From an uncultured Opitutaceae bacterium (GTDB lineage Bacteria > Verrucomicrobiota > Verrucomicrobiia > Opitutales > Opitutaceae): a stretch of DNA of 64,000 nucleotides. The stretch lies in assembly GCA_964534685.1 (NCBI GenBank), contig CAZHPC010000001.1, positions 23,950-87,949 of the forward strand, written 5' to 3'. Each line of letters starts with the position of its first letter. Position 1 is the stretch's first letter. Below are positions 56,435 through 64,000 of the stretch, piece by piece. The position numbers and the translations under genes were made by a program. The notes below the pieces were generated by a model. That model was not told where the DNA came from. It worked only from the letters and a program-made list of their open reading frames with translations, and did not search any database.

Positions 56435-57463
56435 ATGCCCTCAGCCGCCCCCACTATCCGAGCGCTAGCCAAACAATTGGGCCTTTCGCGGACCACCGTC
56501 TCGGAGGCGCTGCGCGGCCTGCCCCGAATCCAGCAGGAAACGGCGAAGAGGGTCTGCGAGGCGGCGGAGAAGGCCGGCTACAGGCCCAATCCCATGGCGA
56601 GCGCCGTGATGTCGCAGATTCGGCGCTCGCGAGCCCAGGCGTTCCGCGGAGGCCTTGCCGCGGTCAACATTGACGAACCCGACCGGCCCGTTCATGCGAG
56701 GCGCTATCACGACGCCCTGATCGACGGCGCGCGCGAGCGCGCCGCCGACCTCGGCTACAAGCTGCAGACGTTCCTGGTCGGCCGTGAGGGCGTGACGGTC
56801 GAGCGCCTCGACGGCATCCTCAAATCCCGTGGCATCCAGGGTGTGCTCCTGCTGCCGGCATGGCAGGACCCGGATTTCTCCGGGCTCGACTGGTCCCGCT
56901 ACGCCGGCGTCTACGCCGACTACATGATCGAGCGCCCCCAATTGCACTCGGTCGCCTGCGACCATTACCGCTCCCTCATGGCGGCCATGCAGCGCCTGGC
57001 CCGAATGGGCTATCGCCGGCCGGGCGTGTTCCTGCAGCGCCATGCCGACGAGCGCCTGCAGCACCGCTGGGAGGGCGCGTTCCTTGCCTACCAGCGGAAC
57101 AACCGCGGCTGCGGCCGCATACCCCCGCTGATCATGGACGAATTCCACCGCGACGAGTTCGTCCGCTGGTTCAAGCGCTACAAGCCCGATGTGGTGCTGG
57201 GGCACTGGACGCCCGCCATCGACTGGATGAGGGAGTGCGGCGCTCGGATTCCCGAGACGGTCGGGTTCGTCTCCCTCAACGTCACCACGGAGGCCAGGCC
57301 CTGCGCAGGGCTCGATTTCCGGCCGCGGCTCCTCGGCGCCCGCAGCGCGGAGCTGCTGATCGCGCAGCTCCAGCGCAACGAGCGCGGAATTCCGTCCCCG
57401 GCCTCCTTGACAACGATCCCGGCGCTCTGGCGCGACGGACCCACGCTCGTTGCCCGAAGCTGA
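56435..57463 (+). CDS. LacI family transcriptional regulator
   Basis: N-terminal HTH TIRALAKQLGLSRTTVSEALRG followed by a periplasmic-binding-protein-like sugar-binding core. Confidence 0.9.
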   Translation: MPSAAPTIRALAKQLGLSRTTVSEALRGLPRIQQETAKRVCEAAEKAGYRPNPMASAVMSQIRRSRAQAFRGGLAAVNIDEPDRPVHARRYHDALIDGARERAADLGYKLQTFLVGREGVTVERLDGILKSRGIQGVLLLPAWQDPDFSGLDWSRYAGVYADYMIERPQLHSVACDHYRSLMAAMQRLARMGYRRPGVFLQRHADERLQHRWEGAFLAYQRNNRGCGRIPPLIMDEFHRDEFVRWFKRYKPDVVLGHWTPAIDWMRECGARIPETVGFVSLNVTTEARPCAGLDFRPRLLGARSAELLIAQLQRNERGIPSPASLTTIPALWRDGPTLVARS

Positions 57464-57483
57464 TTCCACCTGCGCAGGGGCCC

Positions 57484-57496
57484 TCTGACTGTCCGA
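57484..57496 (+). promoter_or_regulatory. candidate operator, copy S2 of the TCTGAC-N-GTC(A/C)GA motif, between the LacI gene and the SSS transporter operon
   Basis: tctgactgtccga, 21 nt after the LacI stop and 230 nt upstream of the transporter ATG. Confidence 0.45.
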
Positions 57497-57725
57497 TACG
57501 TCCCCTCATTGCCCCATATCGAGGCCGTTTGCACCGTCAGTCGGAGTGCGCTGCACCTGGCCCGTGCCCGCCGGTATCCCGTCTCGTTCTGCAGCGCAGA
57601 GGTCCCACTCCTCCCCATGACCACACGCACTACCCCGATCGCCTCGGCGTCAGGAAAGGCGCCACTTTCCCGCCGCCTGAACACCGTGCGACTGGAGGAT
57701 TGCGGGCGCCCTGCAACAGGGCTCT

Positions 57726-59612
57726 ATGACTGACCCTCGAGTGACCTCCCCCTTCGGCATTCATTGGGCGGACCTCGCCGTCATCGCTGCCTACCTGTCG
57801 ATCGTCGTGATCGTGGGCATGCGCGCGGCCGCCTCGAAGACGGAGGAGGGGTTCCTTCTCGCCGGCAGGAAACTCGGCAAGGTCTTCCAGTTCTTCCTGA
57901 ATTTCGGCAACGCCTGCGACGCGAACGGCGCGGTGAGCACGGCGAGCGTCGTCTACCAGCAGGGGATCTCGGGCATTTGGATATCCTTCCAGACGGTCTT
58001 CATGAACCCGTACTACTGGTTCATGGCGACCTGGTTCCGCAGGGCGCGCCTCGTCACGAACGGGGACCTCTTTGAGGACCGCTTCGACAGCAAGTCGCTG
58101 GCGAGCTTCTACGCGGTCTACCAGACCGGCGTGGCCATCATCCTCATAGGTTTCGGGAACTTCGTCGGCTACAAGGTGACGTCGGCGATGCTGGGCCTCG
58201 ATTTCGGGCCCCTGCCCTTCTACGTGCTCTACACGTCCGTCGTCGCCGTCTACATCGTCTCGGGTGGCCTGGCGGCGGCGGCGGCCAACCAGGCCCTGCA
58301 GGGCACCCTCATCGTCGTCTTCTCCTGCCTCCTGATCCCCTCCGGGCTCCACGCCGCCGGCGGCTGGCACGAGCTCGCGCACAGGATACCGGCCGGGATG
58401 CTCGAGCTCTTTGGCGGGACCGTTCGGTCCCAGTTCACGGGCTGGGCCGTGATAGCCGTTGTCCTGGTCAGCCTGATCCAGATGCACAGCGTGCTGAGCC
58501 AGATGACGATTCTCGGCGCCGCGCGCAACGAGTTCGCCGCGCGCTTCGGCATGACGAGCGGGACGTACGCCAAGCGGCTCATGATCGTTCTCTGGGCGTT
58601 CGTCGGCCTGATCGCCATCGCGCTCTTCAGCGGCACAAGCCGCCTGGCCGATCCGGACACCGTGTGGGGAGCCGCCTCCAGGCTGCTGCTGGGCCCGGGC
58701 ATACGCGGACTCATGGTCGCCGGGATACTGGCGGCGGACATGTCCTCCCTCGCGGCCCAGACGGTGACCGTGGCCGGACTGTTCGTGCGCAACCTCTACG
58801 GGCACTCGAACCCGGACCGATCCGCCGCGCAGTCGGTGGGCGCAGCGAGGTCCGCGGTGGTGATCGTCCTGGTACTGAGCGTGCTGGTCGCGACGCTTAT
58901 GAATAACCTCAAGTCCGTCATGCTGCTGATCCTCTACGGGAACGTGGGGTTCGGCGCGGCGATTTTCATGGTCTTTCACTGGCGGCGCCTCACGGCGCCC
59001 GCCGTGTGGGCGTGCGTGGTCCTGAGTCTCATCGTGAGCCTGGTGGTCCCGTTCGGGGCCCAGCTGGTCCCGTCCCTGAGGACCGATCCCCAGTTCGTCC
59101 AGGTGTCCAACGTCCTCCAGGATGGAAAGGCTGAGACCGTGCCGCTCTATTTTGATTCCGTCGTCCCCGCGGCGCCCGGCGACCCGGCGGGCCGTCCGGT
59201 AGGGCACGGGCGGTTCAACTTTGAGCTCTACCTTCTGAAGTGCGTCGGGCTCCGGGCCGAGAAGCTGACCGCCGGGGGAACCCTGGCCGCCCAGTTCTTC
59301 TTCGACGGACTGTTCCCGTTCGCGGTTCTGATCGCCGTGAGCCACCTGACGCCGAGGACCCCGCAGGGGCGGGTGGACCGGTTCTACGGCAAGATGAAGA
59401 CGCCCGTGGGAGCGACGCCCGAGCTGGAGAGGCTGGCGATGGAAGAGACGCTGCACAGCCCGTCGAGGTTCGATCACCTCAAGCTCTTCCCGCGCTCGCA
59501 ATGGGAGTTTTGCCGCTGGACGCGGGAGGACGCCCTCGGCTTCCTGATCTGCTGCGCCGTCTCGGGGGCAATCCTGGGAGGCTTCTGGCTCACGGTGCGC
59601 TCGCTCGTCTGA
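57726..59612 (+). CDS. sodium:solute symporter family transporter
   Basis: About 13-14 hydrophobic TM segments and an SSF-like N-terminus ...AAYLSIVVIVGMRAA...FLLAGRKLG. Confidence 0.85.
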   Translation: MTDPRVTSPFGIHWADLAVIAAYLSIVVIVGMRAAASKTEEGFLLAGRKLGKVFQFFLNFGNACDANGAVSTASVVYQQGISGIWISFQTVFMNPYYWFMATWFRRARLVTNGDLFEDRFDSKSLASFYAVYQTGVAIILIGFGNFVGYKVTSAMLGLDFGPLPFYVLYTSVVAVYIVSGGLAAAAANQALQGTLIVVFSCLLIPSGLHAAGGWHELAHRIPAGMLELFGGTVRSQFTGWAVIAVVLVSLIQMHSVLSQMTILGAARNEFAARFGMTSGTYAKRLMIVLWAFVGLIAIALFSGTSRLADPDTVWGAASRLLLGPGIRGLMVAGILAADMSSLAAQTVTVAGLFVRNLYGHSNPDRSAAQSVGAARSAVVIVLVLSVLVATLMNNLKSVMLLILYGNVGFGAAIFMVFHWRRLTAPAVWACVVLSLIVSLVVPFGAQLVPSLRTDPQFVQVSNVLQDGKAETVPLYFDSVVPAAPGDPAGRPVGHGRFNFELYLLKCVGLRAEKLTAGGTLAAQFFFDGLFPFAVLIAVSHLTPRTPQGRVDRFYGKMKTPVGATPELERLAMEETLHSPSRFDHLKLFPRSQWEFCRWTREDALGFLICCAVSGAILGGFWLTVRSLV

Positions 59613-59632
59613 GAAATTTCCCGTTCCCGAAA

Positions 59633-60889
59633 ATGCCATCCAAACCAAAACCCAACGCCCCGCGCGTCGCCCTGATCGGCGTGACGGGATATGGCAGGGT
59701 CTACTACAACCTGCTCAGGGAGCTCCATTCTCTCGGTGAGATCGTGCTGACCGCGGTCGCGATGATAGGCCCCGACAAGGACAAGCCGATCGTCGGCGAG
59801 CTCGGCGCCATCGGCTGCGACGTGTTCGCGGATTATCGCGAGATGCTCGAGCGGCACCGCGGAAGGCTGGAGCTCTGCGCAATACCCACCGGCATACACT
59901 GGCACGCGCCCATGACGCTCGCCGCACTCGAGGCCGGAGCCAACGTGCTCGTCGAGAAGCCGCTCGCAGCGACGCTGGACGAGGTCGACGTCATACGGAC
60001 GGCCGAGAACCGCCACAACCGGCTCGTGATGGTGGGGTTTCAGTACCACTACTGCTCCGAGAACTTCGACCTGAAGAGGGACCTGCTGGCCGGCGCCATC
60101 GGGAAGCTTCGCAGGGTCAAGGTCATCGGATTCTGGCCGCGCGGGGCCGACTACTACTCCCGCACGGACTGGGCGGGCCACATCAAATCGGGCCAGTCCT
60201 GGGTGCTCGATTCGCCGGTCAGCAATGCATTTGCCCACCATCTTAGTCTCGCCCTCTTCTTCGCAGGCGCGCAGCCCGAGCGCTCGGCGTCCGCGGTCCG
60301 GTTGGCGGCGGAGCTTTACAGGGCGCAGCCGATCGAGAACTACGACACGGCGGCGCTGCGCATCGAGACCGATTCGGGTGTCGATGTTCACTTCTACGCC
60401 TCTCACAGCTGCAAGTCCACGCTGGAGCCCGAATTGGTGCTCGAGGCAGACGAGGGTCGCGTCATCTGGAGGCACGGCCGGAGCTACACGATCGAAGCCC
60501 GCGGCGCGCCACCCCGCACCGTTCAGCTTGGCGACGAGCAGTCGGCGCGCCTGCGCATGTTTCGAAGCGCGATCCGCCGGCTCGCCGATCCGGGCGTCTT
60601 CATCTGCGACACGGCCACCGCGCGAGAGCACACCCGCTGCATACAGGCCGCGCAGTGCTCGGGGCCTGTTCGCGACGTGCCGAAGGAATGGCTTGAGACC
60701 AACGGCAAGCCGGGCCTTCGCCTGAAGACCTGGATTGTCGGCGTGGAAGACACGATGCGACGCGCGTTTGACGAAGGCCGCTCCCTGATAGAGGGTGGAT
60801 GCCCCTGGGCCGGCCCCGCGCTCGAGATCCGGGTCGCGGATTCGGACCGGGACGGACTGTCAAGGCTTCCACAAAGACCCGCCGCCTGA
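59633..60889 (+). CDS. Gfo/Idh/MocA family oxidoreductase
   Basis: The ATG at 59633 lies 21 nt after the transporter stop. Rossmann start RVALIGVTGYGRVY, then the EKPLA motif VLVEKPLAATLDE. No signal peptide. Confidence 0.85.
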   Translation: MPSKPKPNAPRVALIGVTGYGRVYYNLLRELHSLGEIVLTAVAMIGPDKDKPIVGELGAIGCDVFADYREMLERHRGRLELCAIPTGIHWHAPMTLAALEAGANVLVEKPLAATLDEVDVIRTAENRHNRLVMVGFQYHYCSENFDLKRDLLAGAIGKLRRVKVIGFWPRGADYYSRTDWAGHIKSGQSWVLDSPVSNAFAHHLSLALFFAGAQPERSASAVRLAAELYRAQPIENYDTAALRIETDSGVDVHFYASHSCKSTLEPELVLEADEGRVIWRHGRSYTIEARGAPPRTVQLGDEQSARLRMFRSAIRRLADPGVFICDTATAREHTRCIQAAQCSGPVRDVPKEWLETNGKPGLRLKTWIVGVEDTMRRAFDEGRSLIEGGCPWAGPALEIRVADSDRDGLSRLPQRPAA

Positions 60890-60902
60890 GACATTGAAAT
60901 TG

Positions 60903-63641
60903 ATGAGGAAGAGAGCCTTCGCACTTTCGCTCGCCGCGGCCCTGGGTTCATCCCACCTGCCGGCTGCCGCACGTGATGTCGCTCTCGGCTGGCTTGAGGG
61001 GGCTCCTCCCGCCTCGGCGACGGGGGTGAGCTTCGGGGTTCCCTGGCCCCGCGGCGCGGTCCAGAGGGGCCAGGCGTTCAACCTGAGCTCCAAGGAAGGC
61101 CACGCTCTCCCCCTTCAGAGCTGGACGCTGGCCACCTGGCCCGACGGGTCGATCAAGTGGACCGGATTCGCCACCGTCGCAGGCCCGGCGTCCACCGGAC
61201 CCCTCAGGCTTTCCACGGACGGTGCCGTGTCGCAGCCGGCGGCGAGCGCCCGGGTCCGCGCCACCGACACGGCCGTCGAGATCGACACCGGCAGGCTGCA
61301 ATGCCGGATTCCCAACGCGGGCGACGACCTCATCGACACGATCGCTGTGAACGGCAAGGTCGTCGCCCGCGGGGCGCGCCTTGTCTGCATCCTCCAGGAC
61401 GGACCCGACGGCGGTCCCGCCGACGCTCCCTCGCGTGCCAAGTACATCGGCCGCATCGAGAAGGTGACCCTTGAGCAGTCGGGGCCCGTCCGGGTCGTCG
61501 TCAAGATCGACGGTCGGCACCGGGCGGTCGACGGGAGCCGCAAATGGCTCCCCTTTGTCGTCAGGCTTTACTTCTACGCGGGCCAAGACTCGGTGCGCGT
61601 CGTGCATACGATCATCTACGACGGCAGCCAGGACCGCGATTTTATCCGCGGCCTCGGGTTGAGCGTAAGGGTGCCGCTGCGTGAGGAGGCCCAGAACCGC
61701 CACGTCCGCTTCTCGGGCGAGGGCTCGGGGCTTTGGGCCGAACCCGTTCAGCCGATGGTCGGCCGCCAGGGACGGTACGTGTCCTATCCCGGGGCCGCCC
61801 AGGGCGGCCCGAGGCCGCGCGATGTCTATCCCGACCAGATAGAGGGAAAGCGCGTGCCGAACAGGGACCAGGTGAGCCAGCACGGCCGCGACCTGATGGC
61901 CGACTGGGCGGTCTGGGACAGCTTCAAGCTGGTGCAGCCGAACGCCGACGGATTCACGGTGCTCAAGCGAACGAATGCGCAGAGCTCATGGCTTCCCGCC
62001 GGGGCGGGACGGCGCGCCTCAGGGCTCGTCTTCGCGGGGGATGTCTCGGGAGGGCTGGGGGTGAGCATCAGGAATTTCTGGCAGTCCTACCCGGCATCGC
62101 TCGAGGTCGACGGCGCGTCCACGCCCGAGGCCGAGGTCCTGGCATGGCTCTGGTCCCCAGACGCTCCTGGCATGGACATGCGCCACTACGACACCCGGGC
62201 GCACGGCCTGGAGGCGTCCTACGAGGACGTCCAGCCCGGCATGAGCACCGCGACCGGAGTCGCCCGCACGAGCGAGCTGACGCTCTTCGCAAGCGACGGG
62301 GTGCCCTCGAAGGAGGCTACGGCGGTGGAGGCGCGCGAGGGGGAGGCTCCTGCCCTGCTCGTTTCGACTCCCGATTACATTCATTCGACCGGCGTGTTCG
62401 GGATCTGGGGCCTGCCCGACCGCTCGACCGCATACAAGAAGGCCCTCGAGGATCAGCTCGACGCGCTAATCGCGGTCTATGAGCGGGAGGTCGAACAGCG
62501 CCATTGGTACGGATTCTGGACCTTCGGCAACGTGATGCATTCCTACGACGAGGTCCGGCACGTCTGGCGCTACGACCTGGGCGGGATGGCCTGGGACAAC
62601 ACAGAACTGGCCTCCGACATGTGGCTTTGGTACGCCTTCCTTCGCACGGGGCGAAGCGACATCTTCCGCCTGGCCGAGGCAATGGCGCGGAACACGAGCG
62701 AGGTGGATGTCTACCACCTGGGCCGCTTCGCCGGCCTCGGTTCCCGCCACAATGTCGTGCCCTGGGGCGACGGCGCCAAGGAGGCGCGGATCAGCCAGGC
62801 GCCCTTCCGCCGCTTCTACTATTATCTCACGACCGACGAGCGCATAGGGGATGTCATGCGCGAGGTGGTCAACGTGGACTACAAGGTCGCGGAATTGGAT
62901 CCGATGCGCCTGGCGCAGCCGCCGACCGAGCGCGAGAAGAGGTACCCGGCTCGCATCCGCCTCGGGCCCGACTGGTTCGCGTTCGCCGGAAACTGGATGA
63001 CCGAGTGGGAGCGCACGGGCGACACGAAGTGGCGCGACAAGATCAATGCCGGGTTTGACAGCGTCTCGGTCATGCCCCTGGGAATGCGCTCCGGACGCAA
63101 CCTCGTCTTCGGCTATGATCCCGCGACGGGACGGATGTACCAGGTCTCCGATGAACTCGGCGACTACAACCTGGCCACGATACAGGGCGGCGCGGAGGTT
63201 GTCTTCGAGCTCAACGGCCTGATCGACAACCCGGGATGGATGAAGACCTGGCTTGAGTACTGCAGGCTCGAGCAGGCTCCGCGGGCGATCGTCGTCAAGG
63301 ACATGGCCACGGGCAGCGAGGGCGCGGACGGCTCGTATGCCGGGCCCGGCCGCCTTGCGGCCTACGCCTACGCGCAGACGAGGAACCCCGCGTTTGCGCG
63401 CGTTGCGGCCGAGACCGTGTTTGGCAGGCGCGGCTTCGACCCGGGCCGCTACCTGTCAAGGCGGGTCGAGGGATCCGACGTGCTCAATCCGATCGACGAG
63501 ACGATTGTCTCGACGAACTCCGCGGCCCAGTCGTCGCTGTCCATCATGGAGGTGTTGGCCATGTGCGGGGATCAGCTGCCAGCGACGGTGCCCGATCGTC
63601 CAAGGGGGAATCCCGCCGATCAGCCCGTGCAAACGCACTGA
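60903..63641 (+). CDS. large secreted protein of uncertain function (possibly exo-rhamnogalacturonan lyase PL26-like; unverified)
   Basis: The ATG at 60903 gives the signal MRKRAFALSLAAALGSSHLPAAA. About 912 aa in a clean frame with good codon bias. No catalytic motif that I can name with certainty. The PL26 idea rests on size, context and vague recall only. Confidence 0.6.
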   Translation: MRKRAFALSLAAALGSSHLPAAARDVALGWLEGAPPASATGVSFGVPWPRGAVQRGQAFNLSSKEGHALPLQSWTLATWPDGSIKWTGFATVAGPASTGPLRLSTDGAVSQPAASARVRATDTAVEIDTGRLQCRIPNAGDDLIDTIAVNGKVVARGARLVCILQDGPDGGPADAPSRAKYIGRIEKVTLEQSGPVRVVVKIDGRHRAVDGSRKWLPFVVRLYFYAGQDSVRVVHTIIYDGSQDRDFIRGLGLSVRVPLREEAQNRHVRFSGEGSGLWAEPVQPMVGRQGRYVSYPGAAQGGPRPRDVYPDQIEGKRVPNRDQVSQHGRDLMADWAVWDSFKLVQPNADGFTVLKRTNAQSSWLPAGAGRRASGLVFAGDVSGGLGVSIRNFWQSYPASLEVDGASTPEAEVLAWLWSPDAPGMDMRHYDTRAHGLEASYEDVQPGMSTATGVARTSELTLFASDGVPSKEATAVEAREGEAPALLVSTPDYIHSTGVFGIWGLPDRSTAYKKALEDQLDALIAVYEREVEQRHWYGFWTFGNVMHSYDEVRHVWRYDLGGMAWDNTELASDMWLWYAFLRTGRSDIFRLAEAMARNTSEVDVYHLGRFAGLGSRHNVVPWGDGAKEARISQAPFRRFYYYLTTDERIGDVMREVVNVDYKVAELDPMRLAQPPTEREKRYPARIRLGPDWFAFAGNWMTEWERTGDTKWRDKINAGFDSVSVMPLGMRSGRNLVFGYDPATGRMYQVSDELGDYNLATIQGGAEVVFELNGLIDNPGWMKTWLEYCRLEQAPRAIVVKDMATGSEGADGSYAGPGRLAAYAYAQTRNPAFARVAAETVFGRRGFDPGRYLSRRVEGSDVLNPIDETIVSTNSAAQSSLSIMEVLAMCGDQLPATVPDRPRGNPADQPVQTH

Positions 63642-63660
63642 ACGCCTTCCCCGAGCCGGC

Positions 63661-64000
63661 TCAGTCGTCCGAGGGAAGGACGCGGTGCGCCGGCGCCGGG
63701 GAACGAACCGTCCCAATCGTGATATGGCCCTCTTGCAGCCCCTCGGCAGAGGCTGACAGGCTGATCGTGCCGCCTGGCTCGGTGGCGCGAAGGATCGCAT
63801 AGCACCGCCCCTGGTAGGCCCGCCTCTGCTCGGCCTGGAACGGCTCGTGGCTCGAATTGTCCGAGCTGTCCACGGCGGCGATGACGCCCGGTCCGTCGGC
63901 GTGGAAGGCCACGAGGGCGGTTGCGCCCGGCACGCGGACCCCCTGCGAATCGACCACCGTGGCGCGGACAAAGTCGGTGTTGTCCCAGCCGGGGGCGAGC
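63661..64000 (-). CDS. glycoside hydrolase family 2 (beta-galactosidase-like), C-terminal fragment; 5' part lies beyond the window end
   Basis: The frame stays open to base 64000. The tail ...DSSDNSSHEPFQAEQRRAYQGRCYAILRATEPGGTISLSASAEGLQEGHITI resembles the DUF4982-type C-terminal domain of GH2 enzymes. Confidence 0.6.
   Translation of the reverse strand, partial: LAPGWDNTDFVRATVVDSQGVRVPGATALVAFHADGPGVIAAVDSSDNSSHEPFQAEQRRAYQGRCYAILRATEPGGTISLSASAEGLQEGHITIGTVRSPAPAHRVLPSDD

Noticed and set aside
57509-57733. 74-aa upstream ORF (TTG start) whose TGA overlaps the SSS transporter ATG (ATGACTGA)
   Set aside because: Third-position GC is only moderate (54 of 74 codons). There is no RBS, the product is Arg/Ala/Pro/Thr-rich and no homolog is recognised. 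A regulatory uORF cannot be excluded, but there is no positive evidence.
57630-59648. 672-aa minus-strand ORF opposite the SSS transporter
   Set aside because: The plus-strand product has regular hydrophobic TM helices typical of SSS transporters. The minus-strand product is charged, low-complexity sequence.
1-64000. Search for CRISPR arrays, IS elements, transposases, integrases, prophage genes, toxin-antitoxin pairs, known defence-system genes, and rRNA or tRNA genes
   Set aside because: Reading both strands revealed no direct-repeat/spacer arrays, terminal inverted repeats with transposase ORFs, or matching protein motifs. The window looks like core chromosome plus a catabolic island, with no visible mobility signatures.

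Overview
GC-rich bacterial chromosomal segment with a strong G/C preference at third codon positions, which produces many long spurious antisense ORFs in the track. Gene content suggests a Verrucomicrobiota/Opitutales-like polysaccharide degrader; this is inference only. I support about 45 CDS. I found no rRNA, tRNA, CRISPR array, transposase, integrase or phage genes. Layout, left to right: (1) tail of a sialate-O-acetylesterase-like gene and a 1442-aa mosaic S8 protease. (2) A tripartite RND efflux operon followed by an orphan hybrid PAS histidine kinase. (3) A deoxy-sugar module: rhaM, a sugar-lactonase-like amidohydrolase, an RbsBAC-like ABC transporter, GH27 and GH29. (4) GT9, then the panB-panC-coaBC-coaX operon, cls, and housekeeping genes (ClC channel, apt, flavin reductase). 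(5) From about 33.8 kb to the window end, a roughly 30-kb pectin/rhamnogalacturonan-type glycan utilisation locus. It holds three GH28-type beta-helix enzymes plus a 1.6k-aa fusion enzyme, GH106, an esterase, a TonB-dependent receptor, a LacI regulator, an SSS transporter, a Gfo/Idh/MocA oxidoreductase, a large uncharacterised secreted protein and a GH2 fragment. No classical defence, secretion or biosynthetic system is evident. The most interesting points all lie in the glycan locus. A near-palindromic 13-mer (core CTCTGACTGTC) recurs at the 5' ends of at least three transcription units. A TonB-dependent receptor with a mucin-like N-terminal linker is followed by two tandem TMTC-like (GT-C plus TPR) membrane proteins. 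A secreted FGE-fold protein lacks the catalytic cysteines and is fused to an unknown N-terminal domain. All functional calls come from motif recognition by eye and need HMM or BLAST confirmation.
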